Assembly: GCA_051294375.1 (NCBI GenBank)
Contig: CM119270.1
Coordinates: 9,931,205 to 9,995,204 of the forward strand
Direction of reading: 5' to 3'
DNA length: 64,000 nt
DNA from: Paraspadella gotoi
Lineage: Eukaryota > Animalia > Chaetognatha
Position numbers and translations under genes: made by a program. Shown here in pieces: positions 51,067 through 64,000 of the stretch. The first letter of the stretch is position 1; every line of letters starts with the position of its first letter. The notes under the pieces were generated by a model, which had not been told where the DNA came from, made no database searches, and worked only from the letters and a program-made list of their open reading frames with translations.

Positions 51067-52661
51067 AGACTTTGTTTAAATATTAATGTTAAAATACAGG
51101 ATAAAGGAACAGAAATGGAGAAGAGAGCAAAAATTCTATATCTTTGTCTCACTGCCGTTTTCTACCAAAATCTGCATTGGCATGAGGGGCTATAGAAGAT
51201 CATCCGTGTAAATATTAAAATTCAAGTTCGATTTATAAAAAAAAATTAATTAATTAATTATTTAAATAAATAAATAAATAAATAAAGAAAAATTAATTAA
51301 TTAATTAATTAAATAATTAAATAAACATTTTCAAAAAAATGAATGAAATGAATGAATGAATGAATGAATGAATGAATGAATATAGGAATGAGTCAATTTT
51401 GGAATGAATGAATTAAGGGATTTAGACGATATTGTTATGAATATTGAAGACGAGGACGACGACAACGACGACGATGACGATATTGACACCGACGATCGTG
51501 CCGCCTTTTTCTCTCATCTCTCTCGGGGAACATCTGGAAAAAAAGGAAAGCAAACGGAAAACGTAAACAAAGAATTTTTTTGGTTTTGGATGCGATTTCC
51601 AGATAATCCCGTCACCGGAAGTGACGTTTCATGCAAATTTAAACCAAACACGATGAGAAGCAAAACTAGACGGGGGATGAAATAAAAAAAACATCAACAA
51701 CATCAACGACGAAGATAACGACAAAAAAAAAACAAGAACAACAGTGTTGTTCAACGACGACGACGATAACCCAGCCAGATGAAATCGTAAACCTCGAAGA
51801 CCACATGTATGCGTTTTGAGGAGATTCAAATCGCGAAACAAAAATAAGATTCAAGAGTTTTTTTTTGAAGTTTTGGGTTTGTTTTTTTTTTTTTTTTTTT
51901 TTTTAAACTTTTTTCTTATTTTAGTTTGTATTTTTGGAGGGGGAGGCCAGACCAGAGGAGGAGGGCTTTTTTTTTCTCTCTCTCTTCCTCTGCGGGCTTC
52001 GTAATTCATATCGACCACCGCCCTGTTTTCTCTTAACTTTTACGTTTTTTTTCTTTGTTTCTTCTTTTCTCTCCTTCGCCTCAGATATTGAGAATTTTTT
52101 TAATTCTGCACATTTTTTTTTCTTTTCTGTTTAATTCAAATCGTTTGACGCGGAGAAAAAAAGAGAAGCAGGGAATTGGAAAGGAAGATAGAAAAGAAAA
52201 AACCAAGGGAATCTAATAGTGGTAGAAACAATGAAATAGGAAGTTAAAGTCTCCGTGTAGGAAAAAGCACAATAGTAGAGTAGAAAGAGCTAAAAACTAG
52301 AAAATTAGCAGTTTAAAAATATTTGTAATCTTGGTAGTCTTTCTAACAAATTGCCCCAGTTCCTCAGCCCCGAACGCGAAGAAACCGGGAACGGATCCCA
52401 CATTTTTGGCCCAGCTGTTGTCTTGAAACGCACGAAAGGTTTAAGAAAAAAACTTCACAAACTTTTAACGATCTTCGGACTTCTAAAAAAAATATAATCC
52501 AAATCATATTGAAAATCCCAAACTTCTTTTTTCAATTTAATTTCGGGGAAGAATGAGCAGAATTTCGAATCTAAAAAGATAATCAAGAAAGGCAAGCGCG
52601 ATCAATCGTTTCGACAACGAGAGCGGTTCAATTTTCGGATGGGAAAGCAATTGTCAGTTTT

Positions 52662-53790
52662 TAGTCGGATCTGCTTATAAGCAGATCCCGACACTATAAT
52701 TCACTTTGTCGATAAGGTCGGTCCGCCCCCTCAATCTTGTCGGGCATTAACTTATTTCATGTCAGAACATAAGTTATGCAAAAAAAAAACGATGTCCGCC
52801 CGCCCGTCCGTCNNNNNNNNNNCAATTGACCTGAAATTTTGTATGTGGGTAGGAACATATTTGATTAAGCTGGAAATCAAGTTTCGATGGATCTTTTGAG
52901 TGGAAATGAGTTTAAATGGAAAAAAACAAAAAACCTGTTTCACAAATTGATTATGCTTCTTTTTCTTTTTATATTAAATGTAAATGCAACTCAATAGGGT
53001 GAGTCAAAAATTTAGAGTGAATACATGCTCAAACGAATATTTAGACATTTTTAAGAATACTTTCAATGAACAAAAATTTATAATATGGCCCTATACTCTA
53101 GTAATTAATTTTTTAATATTTATTTATAAACAGGAAAGGCCAAAAATTTTTTTAGAATTTTTAAATTTTAAGACCAGATTCAGATAGCTCATACAAAGTA
53201 TAATTCTTTTTTAAATATTTTTACGATAAGTGTGTCAAAAATAAGAAAAACGTAAAAAATTATCATCTTTCGATGAATTTATCAGTTTTTTTATATTTTC
53301 ACTTAGAAAACGTAAGAATTTTTAAAAGCTGTAATTATATTTCTTGTTTAACTTTTTATGCTATATCAGAATGCAAAAAATTTTAAGATTTTAAAAAAAT
53401 ATTTTTTGCTCTATATAGTAATATAATATTTTTTAATTAGGCTAGTACCCTCAGAAGAAAGCATTTTTGACAAAAAATATTTTAATACCATAATCTATGG
53501 TCATGATAGATTATTTTAACGCTGTATACATTAGCATTTAAATTTCATTGGCTATTGCTAATGCAAGATGTATAAATTAATCAAAATAATTAATCAGTTA
53601 ATTAATTTATTAGTCAATTAATTAATCAATTTTTAATTAATCAGTCAATTAATCAATCAAAACAAACATTTCGGATCAAGTTAATTATTTAATAAACTAA
53701 TTAATTAATTAACTTGAATTAATTCATTATTAATTATTTAATTACCGATATTGATCGTGGGCAGATCCGACATTGTTTGCTCAAACTTGT
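52662..53790 (+). mobile_element. HINE/DINE-1-like element with a nested AT-rich insertion (~52995-53560)
   Basis: Same termini; duplicated at 58135-59462. Confidence 0.75.
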
Positions 53791-56286
53791 AACGTTAAAG
53801 AACGCGTAATGATATTAATAATTATTGGCAGATTTAAACATTTACCTTACAAAAAACCTTTAAAATGAATAATAGAAATATTTTTTAAAAATATTTTACC
53901 GTCTTAAACCTGAAATTTTTTTCAAGTGTGTGCAGTGCACTGTGCAGTCAATATTTCTAAAAAAGTAAAGGAAACATAGATAATTTAAAATAGAACCGAA
54001 TGAGACGGAGTCGAAGTTGTATTTTTTTTTTTGAGGCTTATTTTTTTGACGTCATCTGATGCTTCTTTCTGTTTTTCTGAGTCTCTTTTCTTTCGATCCG
54101 TCGGTTTTATTTATTTTCCGCCTTCCAGTTTTTCAATATTCTTTTGTTTGATTTTAATTGTCGAATCCAATCTCTTTAGTTTTTTTATATCTTACCACGC
54201 ACTTAGGCGTCTTCGGCATGCATTTTTAATCGTAGAAAGTATTTAACAGTCGAATGAATAGCTTTTATATCTAAAAAAATAATACAAGTTCAACGTAATT
54301 AGTGATCGATATGTAAACAAATCTGGCCGTGTAAACAGATATTTCAAAATAGAATATTCTGCTTCATATTTGATTTCTCGGTCAAAATGTGCCGACTTTA
54401 ACTTCTTCTGAGATGGTTTTGAAAATAGGGAACGTCCACCTGGATCCCCTTACGATTTTCTCAAAACACGAAACAGGAAGAAGAAAATTCACCTCTAAAA
54501 ATTGATCACATGAGAGCGAGAGGGAGAGTCATGAATCGTCTTGGGAAATTACCCATGCTCTCTTTCACAAGAAACACGGAAATATAAGGAATGGAGAAAG
54601 AAATAGAAAGAGAGAAAGAGAGCGAGAGAGAGAGAGAGATTTTCATTCCAATATTCTCTTGTCGTCCCATTTCTTATAATTTTACTTTCTTCGACGTATT
54701 AAAAGAAAAAAAATAGATACGATCCCAAAATACAACAATTTTCAAATCAATCGGTTAGTTTACAAAAACAAAAAACAAAAACATAATCAAAATAAAAATA
54801 AAGAAAACATAAGGTAGGTTAATTATCTTCTTCCCCAAAATATTCGGTCGTCCCACAAAAATTCGAAATATTTTTTTTATCGTTAAATTTCTCGGTCTGA
54901 GTTTTCCCCGAATATTTTTACGGGTTTTTCACGGAAAGATGATGAAAGAAGCGACGAGGGCCGAAGACAGGGGAGAAGGTTTGTTTATTGACATTCGAGC
55001 CAATCATTCACTATTTTACGCTCATTTCTCTTCCCCCTTTTTTTTCAAGTAATATTTTTTTTATTATAAAGGAATGTTGACTAATTTACGTTTTATAGAC
55101 AGCCATGAAAATCAATTTTTTAAAAATGAGATGAAGAGAGAGGAGTCAAGGAGAGAAGAGGGTTTCATTAATTAATTAATTAATTTTTGGCCAACTTCAT
55201 TAAAAAAAAATTTAAGTAAAATTCTTTACAGTGAATAGTTGATTAATCAAATCCCAGATCTTCATCGACGAAAAATTGAGAAAGGACGAAAAATTGTTTT
55301 TCTATCTTTGATGTAGAAGAAAAAAAATCGTTTTGGTGAATTTGAGTTTCTCTCTCTCTTTCTCTNNNNNNNNNNCTCTCTCTCTTCTCTTCAAAAACAT
55401 TTTTCTCCCAACAAGGCCGCAGGTACAACGCGTCTCATGTAGATCAATAGGTCAAAGAAAAGTAGGTTTACTGTATTATGGGCAAAAGCTTTATTAGGTT
55501 AGAGCCAAACTTCGTCAATGGGGTGGGTCAGAAGTTTGATTTGGGAACCTTTCCAAATGAAACTTCATACATTTCTGAGAAAACTTTCAATGGAGCAAAA
55601 TTTTCTAAACTGGCAAGAAGCATTAGTAATTAATTTTTTAATATTTATTTATAGATAGGAAATGTCAAAAAATTTTTTTTGAATTTTTTTATTTTTAAAA
55701 GCAGATTCAAATAGCTTATGAAGTTATTTACACAAAGTATAAATCTTTTTTCAATATTTTGATGATAAGTGGGTTAAAATTGAGAAAAACCTTAAAAAAT
55801 CATCATCATCATCATCATCCGATGATTTTAGCAGTTTTTCCTAATTTTTAGTAATAAAACATCAAAATTTTAAAAAGTTGTAATTATATTTTTTGCTTAA
55901 CTTTTTAAGCTCTATCAGAATCAATGAAAAAAACTTAAAATATCCAAAAACAATTTTTAACATTATATAGCAATATAATAATATTAATTAGCGAATTACT
56001 CATGGTTCGGAACATTTTTTGCAAAAAAAAATTTTAACACAATAATTAATACCAATAATAGATTAGATTAATGCTGTTCCCATTAAAATTTGAATTTGGT
56101 CGGCTCCCGCTAATTTTGGTTTGGGTTCCTTCATGCCAACGATCTTCTTACCCAGTGGGCGGATTTCCAGGAGGCTCTTTTTGTTCTTTCCCCGGGACCC
56201 AAACCCATCTTCCCTGAGGCCCAAACATGTCTGGATGCATCTTTAATTTGTCCTAAACAGCAAAGTGACAAAGTAAATATAAAAAA

Positions 56287-56322
<36 letters not shown>

Positions 56323-56326
<4 letters not shown>

Positions 56327-56540
56327 GAAGAGACAGTAATTATTGTTATGTTTAATGACAGAACTGTTCAATATAACGGTCCCTGAGCTTCGGAAACAGG
56401 CCTGTAACACCGGATTACAGGCGGGTTAAGCGCCCCGTTCCTCTTAACTGCTAGGGCGACCACCAGGCTAGAACCCCGGCCTTGGGTTAGGAGGCGAATG
56501 ACTTGCCTGATGAATAGTTGGTGGATTTTTGTCCACCATA
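56323..56540 (-). mobile_element. Family 1 copy inside the second unit of the 5.4-kb duplication
   Basis: Near-identical to 50848-51066. Confidence 0.85.
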
Positions 56541-58134
56541 AGACTTTTGTTTAAATATAATGTTAAAATACAGGATAAAGGAACAGAAATGGAGAAGAGA
56601 GATCTATTTGTCTCACTGCCGTTTTCTACCAAAATCTGCATTGGCATGAGGGCTATAGAAGATCATCCGTTGTAAATATTAAAATTCAAGTTCGATTTAA
56701 AAAAAAAATTAATTAATTAATTATTTAAATAAATAAATAAATAAATAAAGAAAAAAATTAATTAATTAATTAATTAAATTAATTAATATAAACATTTCAA
56801 AAAATGAATGAATGAATGAATGAATGAATGAATGAATGAATGAATGAATGAATGAATGAATGAATATAGGAATGAGTCAATTTTGGAATGAATGAATTAA
56901 GGGATTTAGACGATATTGTTATGAATATTGAAGACGAGGACGACGACAACGACGACGATGACGATATTGACACCGACGATCGTGCCGCCTTTTTCTCTCA
57001 TCTCTCTCGGGGAACATCTGGAAAAAAAGGAAAGCAAACGGAAAACGTAAACAAAGAATTTTTTTGGTTTTGGATGCGATTTCCAGATAATCCCGTCACC
57101 GGAAGTGACGTTTCATGCAAATTTAAACCAAACACGATGAGAAGCAAAACTAGACGGGGGATGAAATAAAAAAAACATACAACAACATCAACGACGAAGA
57201 TAACGACAAAAAAAAAAACAAGAACAACAGTGTTGTTCAACGACGACGACGATAACCCAGCCAGATGAAATCGTAAACCTCGAAGACCACATGTATGCGT
57301 TTTGAGGAGATTCAAATCGCGAAACAAAATAAAGATTCAAGAGTTTTTTGATTTTGGTTGTTTTGTTTTTTTTTTTTTTTTTTTAAACTTTTTTCTTATT
57401 TTAGTTTGTATTTTTGGAGGGGGAGGCCAGACCAGAGGAGGAGGGCTTTTTTTTTCTCTCTCTCTTCTCTGCGGGCTTCGTAATTCATATCGACACCGCC
57501 CTGTTTTCTCTTAACTTTTACGTTTTTTTTCTTTGTTTCTTCTTTTCTCTCCTTCGCCTCAGATATTGAGAATTTTTTAATTCTGCACATTTTTTTTTCT
57601 TTTCTGTTTAATTCAAATCGTTTGACGCGGAGAAAAAAAGAGAAGCAGGGAATTGGAAAGGAAGATAGAAAAGAAAAAACAAGGGAATCTAATAGTGTTA
57701 GAAACAATGAAATAGGAAGTTAAAGTCTCCGTGTAGGAAAAAGCACAATAGTAGAGTAGAAAGAGCTAAAAACTAGAAAATTAGCAGTTTAAAAATATTT
57801 GTAATCTTGGTAGTCTTTCTAACAAATTGCCCCAGTTCCTCAGCCCGAACGCGAAGAAACCGGGAACGGATCCCACATTTTTGGCCCAGCTGTTGTCTTG
57901 AAACGCACGAAGGTTTAAGAAAAAAAACTTCACAACTTTTAACGATCTTCGGACTTCTAAAAAAAATATAATCCAAATCATATTGAAAATCCCAAACTTC
58001 TTTTTTCATTTTAATTTCGGGGAAGAATGAGCAGAATTTCGAATCTAAAAAGATAATCAGAAAGGCAAGCGCGATCAATCGTTTCGACAACGAGAGCGGT
58101 TCAATTTTCGGATGGGAAAGCAATTGTCAGTTTT

Positions 58135-59462
58135 TAGTCGGATCTGCTTATAAGCAGATCCCGACACTATAATTCACTTTGTCGATAAGGTCGGTCGCCC
58201 CCTCAATCTTGTCGGCATTAACTTATTTCATGTCAGAACATAAGTATGCAAAAAAAAAACGATGTCCGCCCGCCCGTCCGTCCGTCCGTCCGTCCGTCCG
58301 TCCGTCCGACCTTAACAAAAACACCGATTACTCGTGATTGGATGGATGGATTGGAATTTGTATGTGGTTAGGGAAGTGTGAGATTGAGCTGGATATGAAG
58401 TTTCGATGGAATCATCCGAGTGGAAATGAGTTTAAATGGAAAAAACAAAAAAATATATCTCATTATTATTTGAACACCAATTACTCATGAAAGGATGGGG
58501 CAATTGACCTGAAATTTTGTATGTGGGTAGGAACATATTTGATTAAGCTGGAAATCAAGTTTCGATGGATCTTTTGAGTGGAAATGAGTTTTAAATGGAA
58601 AAAAACAAAAAACCTGTTTCACAAATTGATTATGCTCTTTTCTTTTTATATTAAATGTAAATGCAACTCATAGGGTGAGTCAAAAATTTAGAGTGAATAC
58701 ATGCTCAAACGAATATTTAGACATTTTTAAGAAACTTTCAATGAACAAAAATTTATAATATGGCCCTATACTCTAGTAATTAATTTTTTTAATATTTATT
58801 TATAAACAGGAAAGGCCAAAAATTTTTTTAGAATTTTAAATTTTAAGACCAGATTCAGATAGCTCATACAAAGTATAATTCTTTTTTAAATATTTTTACG
58901 ATAAGTGTGTCAAAAATAAGAAAACGTAAAAAATTATCATCTTCGATGAATTTATCAGTTTTTTTATATTTTCACTTAGAAAACGTAAGAATTTTTAAAA
59001 GCTGTAATTATATTTCTTGTTTAACTTTTTATGCTATATCAGAATGCAAAAAATTTTAAGATTTTTAAAAAAATATTTTTTGCTCTATATAGTAATATAA
59101 TATTTTTTAATTAGGCTAGTAGCCTCAGAAGAAAGCATTTTTGACAAAAAATTTTTAATACCATAATCTATGGTCATGATAGATTATTTTAACGCTGTAT
59201 ACATTAGCATTTAAATTTCATTGGCTATTGCTAATGCAAGATGTATAAATTAATCAAAATAATTAATCAGTTAATTAATTTATTAGTCAATTAATTAATC
59301 AATTTTTAATTAATCAGTCAATTAATCAATCAAAAAAACATTTTCGGATCAAGTTAATTATTTAATAAACTAATAATTAATTAACTTGAATTAATTCATT
59401 ATTAATTATTTAATTACCGATATTGATCGTGGGCAGATCCGACATTGTTTGCTCAAACTTGT
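58135..59462 (+). mobile_element. HINE/DINE-1-like element (duplicate of 52662-53790)
   Basis: Same termini and nested insertion. Confidence 0.75.
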
Positions 59463-61012
59463 ACGTTAAAGAACGCGTAATGATATTAATAATTATTGGC
59501 AGATTTAAACATTTACCTTACAAAAAACTTTAAAATGAATAATAGAAATATTTTTTAAAAATATTTTACCGTCTTAAACCTGAAATTTTTTTCAAGTGTG
59601 TGCAGTGCACTGTGCAGTCAATATTTCTAAAAAAAGTAAAGGAAACATAGATAATTTAAAATAGAACCGAATGAGACGGAGTCGAAGTTGTATTTTTTTT
59701 TTTTGAGGCTTATTTTTTTGACGTCATCTGATGCTTCTTTCTGTTTTTCTGAGTCTCTTTTCTTTCGATCCGTCGGTTTTATTTATTTTCCGCCTTCCAG
59801 TTTTTCAATATTCTTTTGTTTGATTTTAATTGTCGAATCCAATCTCTTTAGATTTTTTTATATCTTACCACGCACTTAGGCGTCTTCGGCATGCATTTTT
59901 AATCGTAGAAAGTATTTAACAGTCGAATGAATAGCTTTTATATCTAAAAAATAATACAAGTTCAACGTAATTAGTGATCGATATGTAAACAAATCTGGCC
60001 GTGTAAACAGATATTTCAAAAATAGAATATTCTGCTTCATATTTGATTTCTCGGTCAAAATGTGCCGACTTAACTTCTCTGAGATGGTTTTGAAAAATAG
60101 GGAACGTCCACCTGGATCCCCTTACGATTTTCTCAAAACACGAAACAGGAAAAGAGAAAATCACCTCTAAAAATTGATCACATGAGAGCGAGAGGGAGAG
60201 TCATGAATCGTCTTGGGAAATTACCCATGCTCTCTTTTCACAAGAAACACGGAAATATAAGGAATGGAGAAAGAAATAGAGAAGAGAGAAAGAGAGCGAG
60301 AGAGAGAGAGAGATTTTCATTCCAATATTCTCTTGTCGTCCCTTTTCTTATAATTTTACTTTCTTCGACGTATTAAAGAAAAAAATAGATACGATCCCAA
60401 AATACAACAATTTTCAAATCAATCGGTTAGTTTACAAAAACAAAAAACAAAAAACATAATCAAAATAAAAATAAAGAAAACATAAGGTAGGTTAATTATC
60501 TTCTTCCCCAAAATATTCGTTCGTCCACAAAAATTCGAAATATTTTTTTATCGTTAAATTTCTCGGTCTGAGTTTTCCCCGAATATTTTTACGGGTTTTT
60601 CACGGAAGATGATGAAAGAAGCGACGAGGCCGAAGACAGGGGAGAAGGTTTGTTTATTGACATTCGAGCCAATCATATCACTATTTTACGCTCATTCTCT
60701 TCCCCCTTTTTTTTCAAGTAATATTTTTTTATTATAAAGGAATGTTGACTAATTTACGTTTTATAGACAGCCATGAAAATCAATTTTTTAAAAATGAGAT
60801 GAAGAGAGAGGAGTCAAGGAGAGAGAGGGTTTCATTAATTAATTAATTAATTTTTGGCCAACTTCATTAAAAAAAAATTTAAGTAAAATTCTTTACAGTG
60901 AATAGTTGATTAATCAAATCCCAGATCTTCATCGACGAAAAATTGAGAAAGGACGAAAAATTGTTTTTCTATCTTTGATGTAGAAGAAAAAAATCGTTTT
61001 GGTGAATTTGAG

Positions 61013-61045
<33 letters not shown>

Positions 61046-63559
61046 TCCTTCTCTTCAAAAACATTTTTTCCCAACAAGGCCGCAGGTACAACGCGTCTCA
61101 TGTAGATCAATAGGTCAAAGAGAAAAGTAGGTTTACTGTATTATGGGCAAAAGCTTTATTAGGTTAGAGCCAAACTTGTCAATGGGGTGGGTCAGAAGTT
61201 TGATTTGGGAACCTTTCCAAATGAAACTTCATACATTTCTGAGAAAAACTTTCAATGGAGCAAAATTTCTAAACTGGCAAGAAGCATTAGTAATTACATT
61301 TTTTAATATTTATTTATAGATAGGAAATGTCAAAAAATTTTTTTTTGAATTTTTTATTTTTAAAAGCAGATTCAAATAGCTTATGAAGTTATTTACACAA
61401 AGTATAATCTCTTTTTCAATATTTTGATGATAAGTGGGTTTAAAATTGAGAAAAACCTTAAAAAATCATTCATCATCATCATCATCTGATGATTTTAGCA
61501 GTTTTTACTAATTTTAGTAATAAAACATCAAAATTTTAAACAGTTGTAATTATATTTTTTGCTTAACTTTTTAAGCTCTATCAGAATCAATTAAAAAAAC
61601 TTAAAACATCCACCAAAAAATTTTTGACATTATATAGCAATATAATAATATTAATTAGCGAATTACTCATGTTTCGGAACATCTTTGCCAAAAAATATTT
61701 TAACACAATAATTAATACCAATAGGATTAGTTTATGCTGTTCCCATTAAAATTTGAATTTGGTCGGCTACCGCTAATTAGGTTTGTTAATTTGTCGGACG
61801 ACGGCCTCCGACCCGACAGCGAAAACCCATTATGCGATAGAAACCAGTGTTGTGAGCGTTTCCAATGGAAACCTAACCCCGCGGGGAAAATTCGGGTGAG
61901 AAAGGGAAAGTAAAAGGAAAGAGACAAGGAAAGAAGAAAATTAGGGAGGGGAGAAATGGCAAATAATATATAAGGGCCAAAAGAAATAAAAAGAAAATGA
62001 TATTTTAAAAATCCTGTGTACGAACACTTGCCGTGTGCTCGTATAGCCGCCTCTGCTTTCGCCGCCGTCGCGCCGCTACGGAGGACCGTCGTCCTCCACG
62101 TCCCTTGCTGACGCCTCCGGAAAGTGGGCGTGGCCGCTCTGGCGCCGTTTGCGCATGCGCCGAAAACGTCGGCTCGCCGGTGATGAGAGAGTAATCGGCG
62201 AGGTTGTCGTCACCCGAGTGTGGTCGAATGGGATTGGCCACAAGTCCGTCCACAAGTCTATGACGGAGCTAGTCTGAAACCACGAGCGTGTCCACGAGTC
62301 CCGAGTGTGGTCTCACAGTGGGCTCTATGGCCACAATGACTCTGTCTTGAAAACGGTATCGAAAGGTGACGTGACGTGACGTGAAGTGTCCTAAAGCCTC
62401 GTAAAAGGCAGTTGGTGACGGGTGGAAAGTCCTTTAGAATCTAATTGGCCTAGATATATCTGGTAAGAAAAGAAAATAGGAGTGTTAATCTCCTAAGAAG
62501 AGGAAAAAAGACATCTATCGGCAGAAACGGTAAATAACAAAAGGCAAACAAATAAATGGGGAAAAGGGGGACATATCTCTACCCCCACCTCCAGCGCTCT
62601 ATCAGAAGGCGGTGGAAAAACTCCAACGAAAACCACTCTGATCTGGAAGGGCAGTGTTAAAGCATTGGCCAAGAGGAAGTGAAAGAATCAAGAAAGGGAA
62701 GAGAAGAATCAAGATAGATGTAAGAAGANNNNNNNNNNNNNNNNNNNNNNNNNGAATAAGATCGAGGGAAAAAGAAAAAATAAATAAAATGTCAAAATAA
62801 ATGAAAAAAAATAAAAGGGGAAAAGGAAGAAAATGTTTTTATTATTGTATTTATGCCTGTCAGAAACCGCTTTACTTTTAATTTTATGTGATTGAATCTT
62901 TCTAACGTTTGAATGTCACAATATCAAAGTAAATAAAGATCATCGAAATAAAATTTTCTTTTGAGCGTACGCGTCGAATTTCTAAACAGAACGATCAGTT
63001 GAGCAGACAATAAAAAAAAATAATTTCCAAATGGTAAAATCGAACGTTTCAAGATGGATACTACAAGCTAATAGATAAAAACGAATGGATAAAATTTTAA
63101 AAACGAGACTATAATACAACAGCATCCATGGAACAATTTCCGGTCTTTGGCTGCAATGTCGCAACAGAATCAGCTTCAATGTTCTTTCTGACGAGCGCCA
63201 GGCCGCGTCTGGCCCGCCGTAAGTCGGCGGGGGCGCGGACTTGGGCGCCTCGTCTCTTTTAAAGATCGTGGGTTGGTTCTCGTCTTTGCTAAAAATGGTT
63301 CTCCCCCGCCGGAATGAGCTCCGGCATCGAGGGGGAAGGAAGGAGCTGAGCAAGGGTTTCGGTGACCAAGAAAGGATCTGTTGTCGGTTGGCGCCACAGT
63401 TGTCGACAAAGTTGTTGGGCTTATTGTTTGAGACTCGCAAAATTTCACTGTTTTTTGTTTTACGGAAGTCACAAAACCGATAATCTTTCACCATCTTTTG
63501 CATCGACTGTACTAAACGAAAGTCGTCAAGTAAGTCAACGATATATGTACTATTTGGTA

Positions 63560-64000
63560 AATCTTCAACAATCTCGGCGGTCATGCGCGCGCAATCCACG
63601 TCCTCACCGCCTTTCCCATCTCTGGGTCCGATCAAAGTCCAGCCGAACATCGTATTGATGGCTACCGGCTGGTCTCGCGAACCTCGTCGAACCTCTCCAT
63701 CAATCCAAGTGTAGGCGTAGTTTGCCGGGAGGAGCACGCCGACCTCCTTGTCAGGGAGGTTGGGGAACGTTACCCCCTTGAGATGAGGCTTGTCGACCAC
63801 ATCTGCATCGCACGGCGGGAGGTCGTCCTCCGAAGTCAGTAAACATCCCACAATCGCTTTCCTGATAGAAAGAGAAAAAGTTCCATTAAGTGGTTCAATA
63901 TTAAAATCAGCAACTTTCTTGTCTACAATAACATCACTATCTAAAGTTTGAATTCTCATATTTACATCATTACAAGTTATACTTAGATCGTTGGCAATGT
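63560..64000 (-). mobile_element. BEL/Pao LTR-retrotransposon pol fragment (region after the aspartic protease)
   Basis: KPHLKGVTFPNLPDKEVGVLLPANYAYTWIDGEVRRGSRDQPVAINTMFGWTLIGP fits the Pao-type HL..l.fp.....v.lL..........r.G....P.A..T.fGW.l.Gp pattern; similarity is lost after ~63560. Confidence 0.8.

Larger units (their letters stand above)
50848..61777. repeat. ~5.4-kb tandem segmental duplication (50848-56115 and 56323-61777)
   Basis: Both units start CAATGAAGAGACAG and end GGTCGGCT(C/A)CCGCTAATT; they carry identical 93-aa ORFs (51404, 56888) and differ mostly by 1-nt indels. Confidence 0.92.

Noticed and set aside
51404-51685. 93-aa acidic ORF present twice (also 56888-57169)
   Set aside because: Identity is explained by the segmental duplication; it starts in a (GAAT)n tract, its Asp run is a (GAC)n repeat, and it has no recognisable domain.

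Overview
AT-rich, repeat-dense animal (metazoan) genomic DNA with spliceosomal genes; most ORFs in the track are microsatellite or repeat noise. Host genes are the last three exons of a CYP2-clan cytochrome P450 (+, 1011-2488) and a ~13-exon, ~750-aa PRRT3/PRRT4-like multipass membrane protein (-, 12823-44388). Mobile DNA includes many Helentron-type non-autonomous elements (HINE/DINE-1-like) with internal 18-bp arrays, a 3-kb TIR element with a TCT duplication, a BEL/Pao pol fragment at the right edge and a ~5.4-kb tandem duplication. The main discovery is two different ~0.4-kb interspersed repeat families. Each combines a Pol III-type (tRNA-like A/B-box) head with a circularly permuted type-P5 twister ribozyme fold, and each occurs as circularly permuted or tandem copies, so they look like twister-based retrozymes. 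In both families the P1 stem is reduced to a self-complementary palindrome (UCCUAGGG; GGCGCU), suggesting dimeric 'double-twister' cleavage. All folds were derived by eye and are untested.
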